In this document: one piece after another, positions 26,329 through 26,780 of the stretch
Position numbering within the stretch: the first letter of the stretch is position 1
Layout: each line of letters begins with the position of its first letter
Source: an uncultured Erysipelotrichaceae bacterium
GTDB taxonomy: Bacteria; Bacillota_I; Bacilli_A; Erysipelotrichales; Erysipelotrichaceae
Direction: 5' to 3'
NCBI GenBank assembly: GCA_964401865.1
Contig: CAYNZZ010000015.1
Coordinates: 1 to 26,780, forward strand
Length of the DNA: 26,780 bases
Made by a program: the position numbers and the translations under genes
The notes under the pieces: generated by a model
What the model was told of the DNA's origin: nothing
Databases searched by the model: none
The model's input: the letters and a program-made list of their open reading frames with translations, nothing else

Positions 26329-26770
26329 CCCCTAGATAGTCTAGGGGTTAGGATAAGGTTTACCGGAGAGATAATGAAAACTGATTCTTTTTAAACTATG
26401 TTGTCTATAATTATCTTGTGGTCTGCGAAATTACAAAGTAATTAAGATAATGTTCGGTAAAAAAGAATCAGTCGTATCATCGTTAGATGATACTCATAGT
26501 TTACACACACAAAATGGAATTATAAGTATCATATTATGTTTGTACCAAAGTATCGTCGAAAAGTTTTCTATGAAAGTAAAAGACTTGAAGTCAGAAAGAT
26601 ATTATCAGATCTGTGTAAGTGGAAAGGTGTTAATCTAATAGAACTCAAGCTAGAGGATCCGTTTAAAGAAAAGGGGTAAGTGCTCGTCGCAGACCACTTA
26701 CGTCTTAAGACGTAGCTATGGCAACAGGGCTATGCCCGCACATTTAAAACCACTAGCTAAGCTAGTGGTT
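26329..26770 (+). mobile_element. Miniature, non-autonomous IS200/IS605-family element (both subterminal hairpins present, tnpA decayed); exact termini not determined
   Basis: The left hairpin is CCCCTAGA-TAG-TCTAGGGG (26329-47). The right hairpin is CCACTAGC-TAA-GCTAGTGG (26750-68, extendable to 26748-70). Both have the same architecture and a shared CTAG core. They bracket an IS200-type tnpA remnant in the orientation LE-tnpA-RE. The total of about 450 bp compares with about 700 bp for intact IS200. Confidence 0.7.
26450..26679 (+). pseudogene. tnpA: IS200-type (HUH/Y1) transposase tnpA remnant: 1-nt frameshift plus in-frame internal deletion
   Basis: Frame A (26450-26499) reads MFGKKESVVSSLDDTHS(L). 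Frame B (26500-26679) reads FTHTKWNYKYHIMFVPKYRRKVFYESKRLEVRKILSDLCKWKGVNLIE|LKLEDPFKEKG*. Compare Salmonella IS200 TnpA ...SLAHTRWNCKYHIVFAPKYRRQAFYGEKRRAVGSILRKLCEWKNVRILEAE...(HUH, Y)...GSPFTGRK*. The HUH (DHIHML) and catalytic-Tyr regions are absent. Confidence 0.75.
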
Positions 26771-26780
26771 AATTATTGTT

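Noticed and set aside
26450-26638. 62-aa ORF exactly as called in the ORF track.
   Set aside because: After about 17 codons it reads the tnpA relic out of frame. The conserved IS200 motif HTKWNYKYHIMFVPKYRR appears in the +1 frame from 26500. It is annotated as a frameshifted pseudogene instead.
26650-26660. The string CTAGAGGATCC (XbaI-like/BamHI) resembles a cloning polylinker, so vector contamination or chimerism was considered.
   Set aside because: The match is only about 11 nt. The flanks are not vector-like, and the string sits in frame at the tnpA deletion junction. Coincidence is more likely.
1-26780. Mycoplasma-type genetic code (UGA = Trp), suggested by the Mollicute-like gene content and the long PotA.
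   Set aside because: TGA terminates several genes exactly at tight or overlapping gene junctions (8440, 11733, 13251, 15339). Trp is encoded by TGG throughout, and the long ORFs are uninterrupted under the standard code.

Overview
Low-GC window. Hand counts of a few 60-nt lines give about 30-35% G+C in the core genes. Genetic code is standard: TGA ends genes at 8440, 11733, 13251 and 15339, and Trp is encoded by TGG. Gene content looks like a Firmicute chromosome of the Erysipelotrichia / Acholeplasma-like kind; this taxonomic guess is inference only.

About 24 kb is densely packed core genome:
- a partial tRNA-Ser at the left edge
- a PatB/MalY-type PLP lyase translationally coupled to a CYTH + DJ-1 fusion protein
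- a degenerate PTS EIIC-EIIB protein
- rpsF-ssb-rpsR
- yybS-gdpP-rplI-dnaB
- an M23 peptidase, an HtrA-like protease and rlmH
- a monocistronic ptsH
- phosphoglucomutase and an O-methyltransferase
- a poly-acidic membrane protein followed by a KE-rich SH3b protein
- an XRE-cupin regulator with potABCD
- rplM-rpsI

The last 2.9 kb (about 23,940-26,780) is accessory-looking. It holds two juxtaposed gene remnants and a clearly GC-richer stand-alone AAA+ ATPase with a DUF4143 / PD-(D/E)xK-like C-terminus. That gene's promoter sits in four 23-bp-phased repeats. Next comes about 430 bp of structured non-coding DNA, then a miniature IS200-like element with both hairpin ends and a tnpA that is frameshifted and internally deleted.

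I see no complete multi-gene system that I can name. The best candidates for follow-up are:
- the ATPase islet and its repeat array
- a roughly 175-aa insertion with two tandem modules in PotA
- the CYTH-DJ-1 fusion
- the acidic RraB-like membrane protein

All homology statements come from motif recognition by eye. No database search was run.
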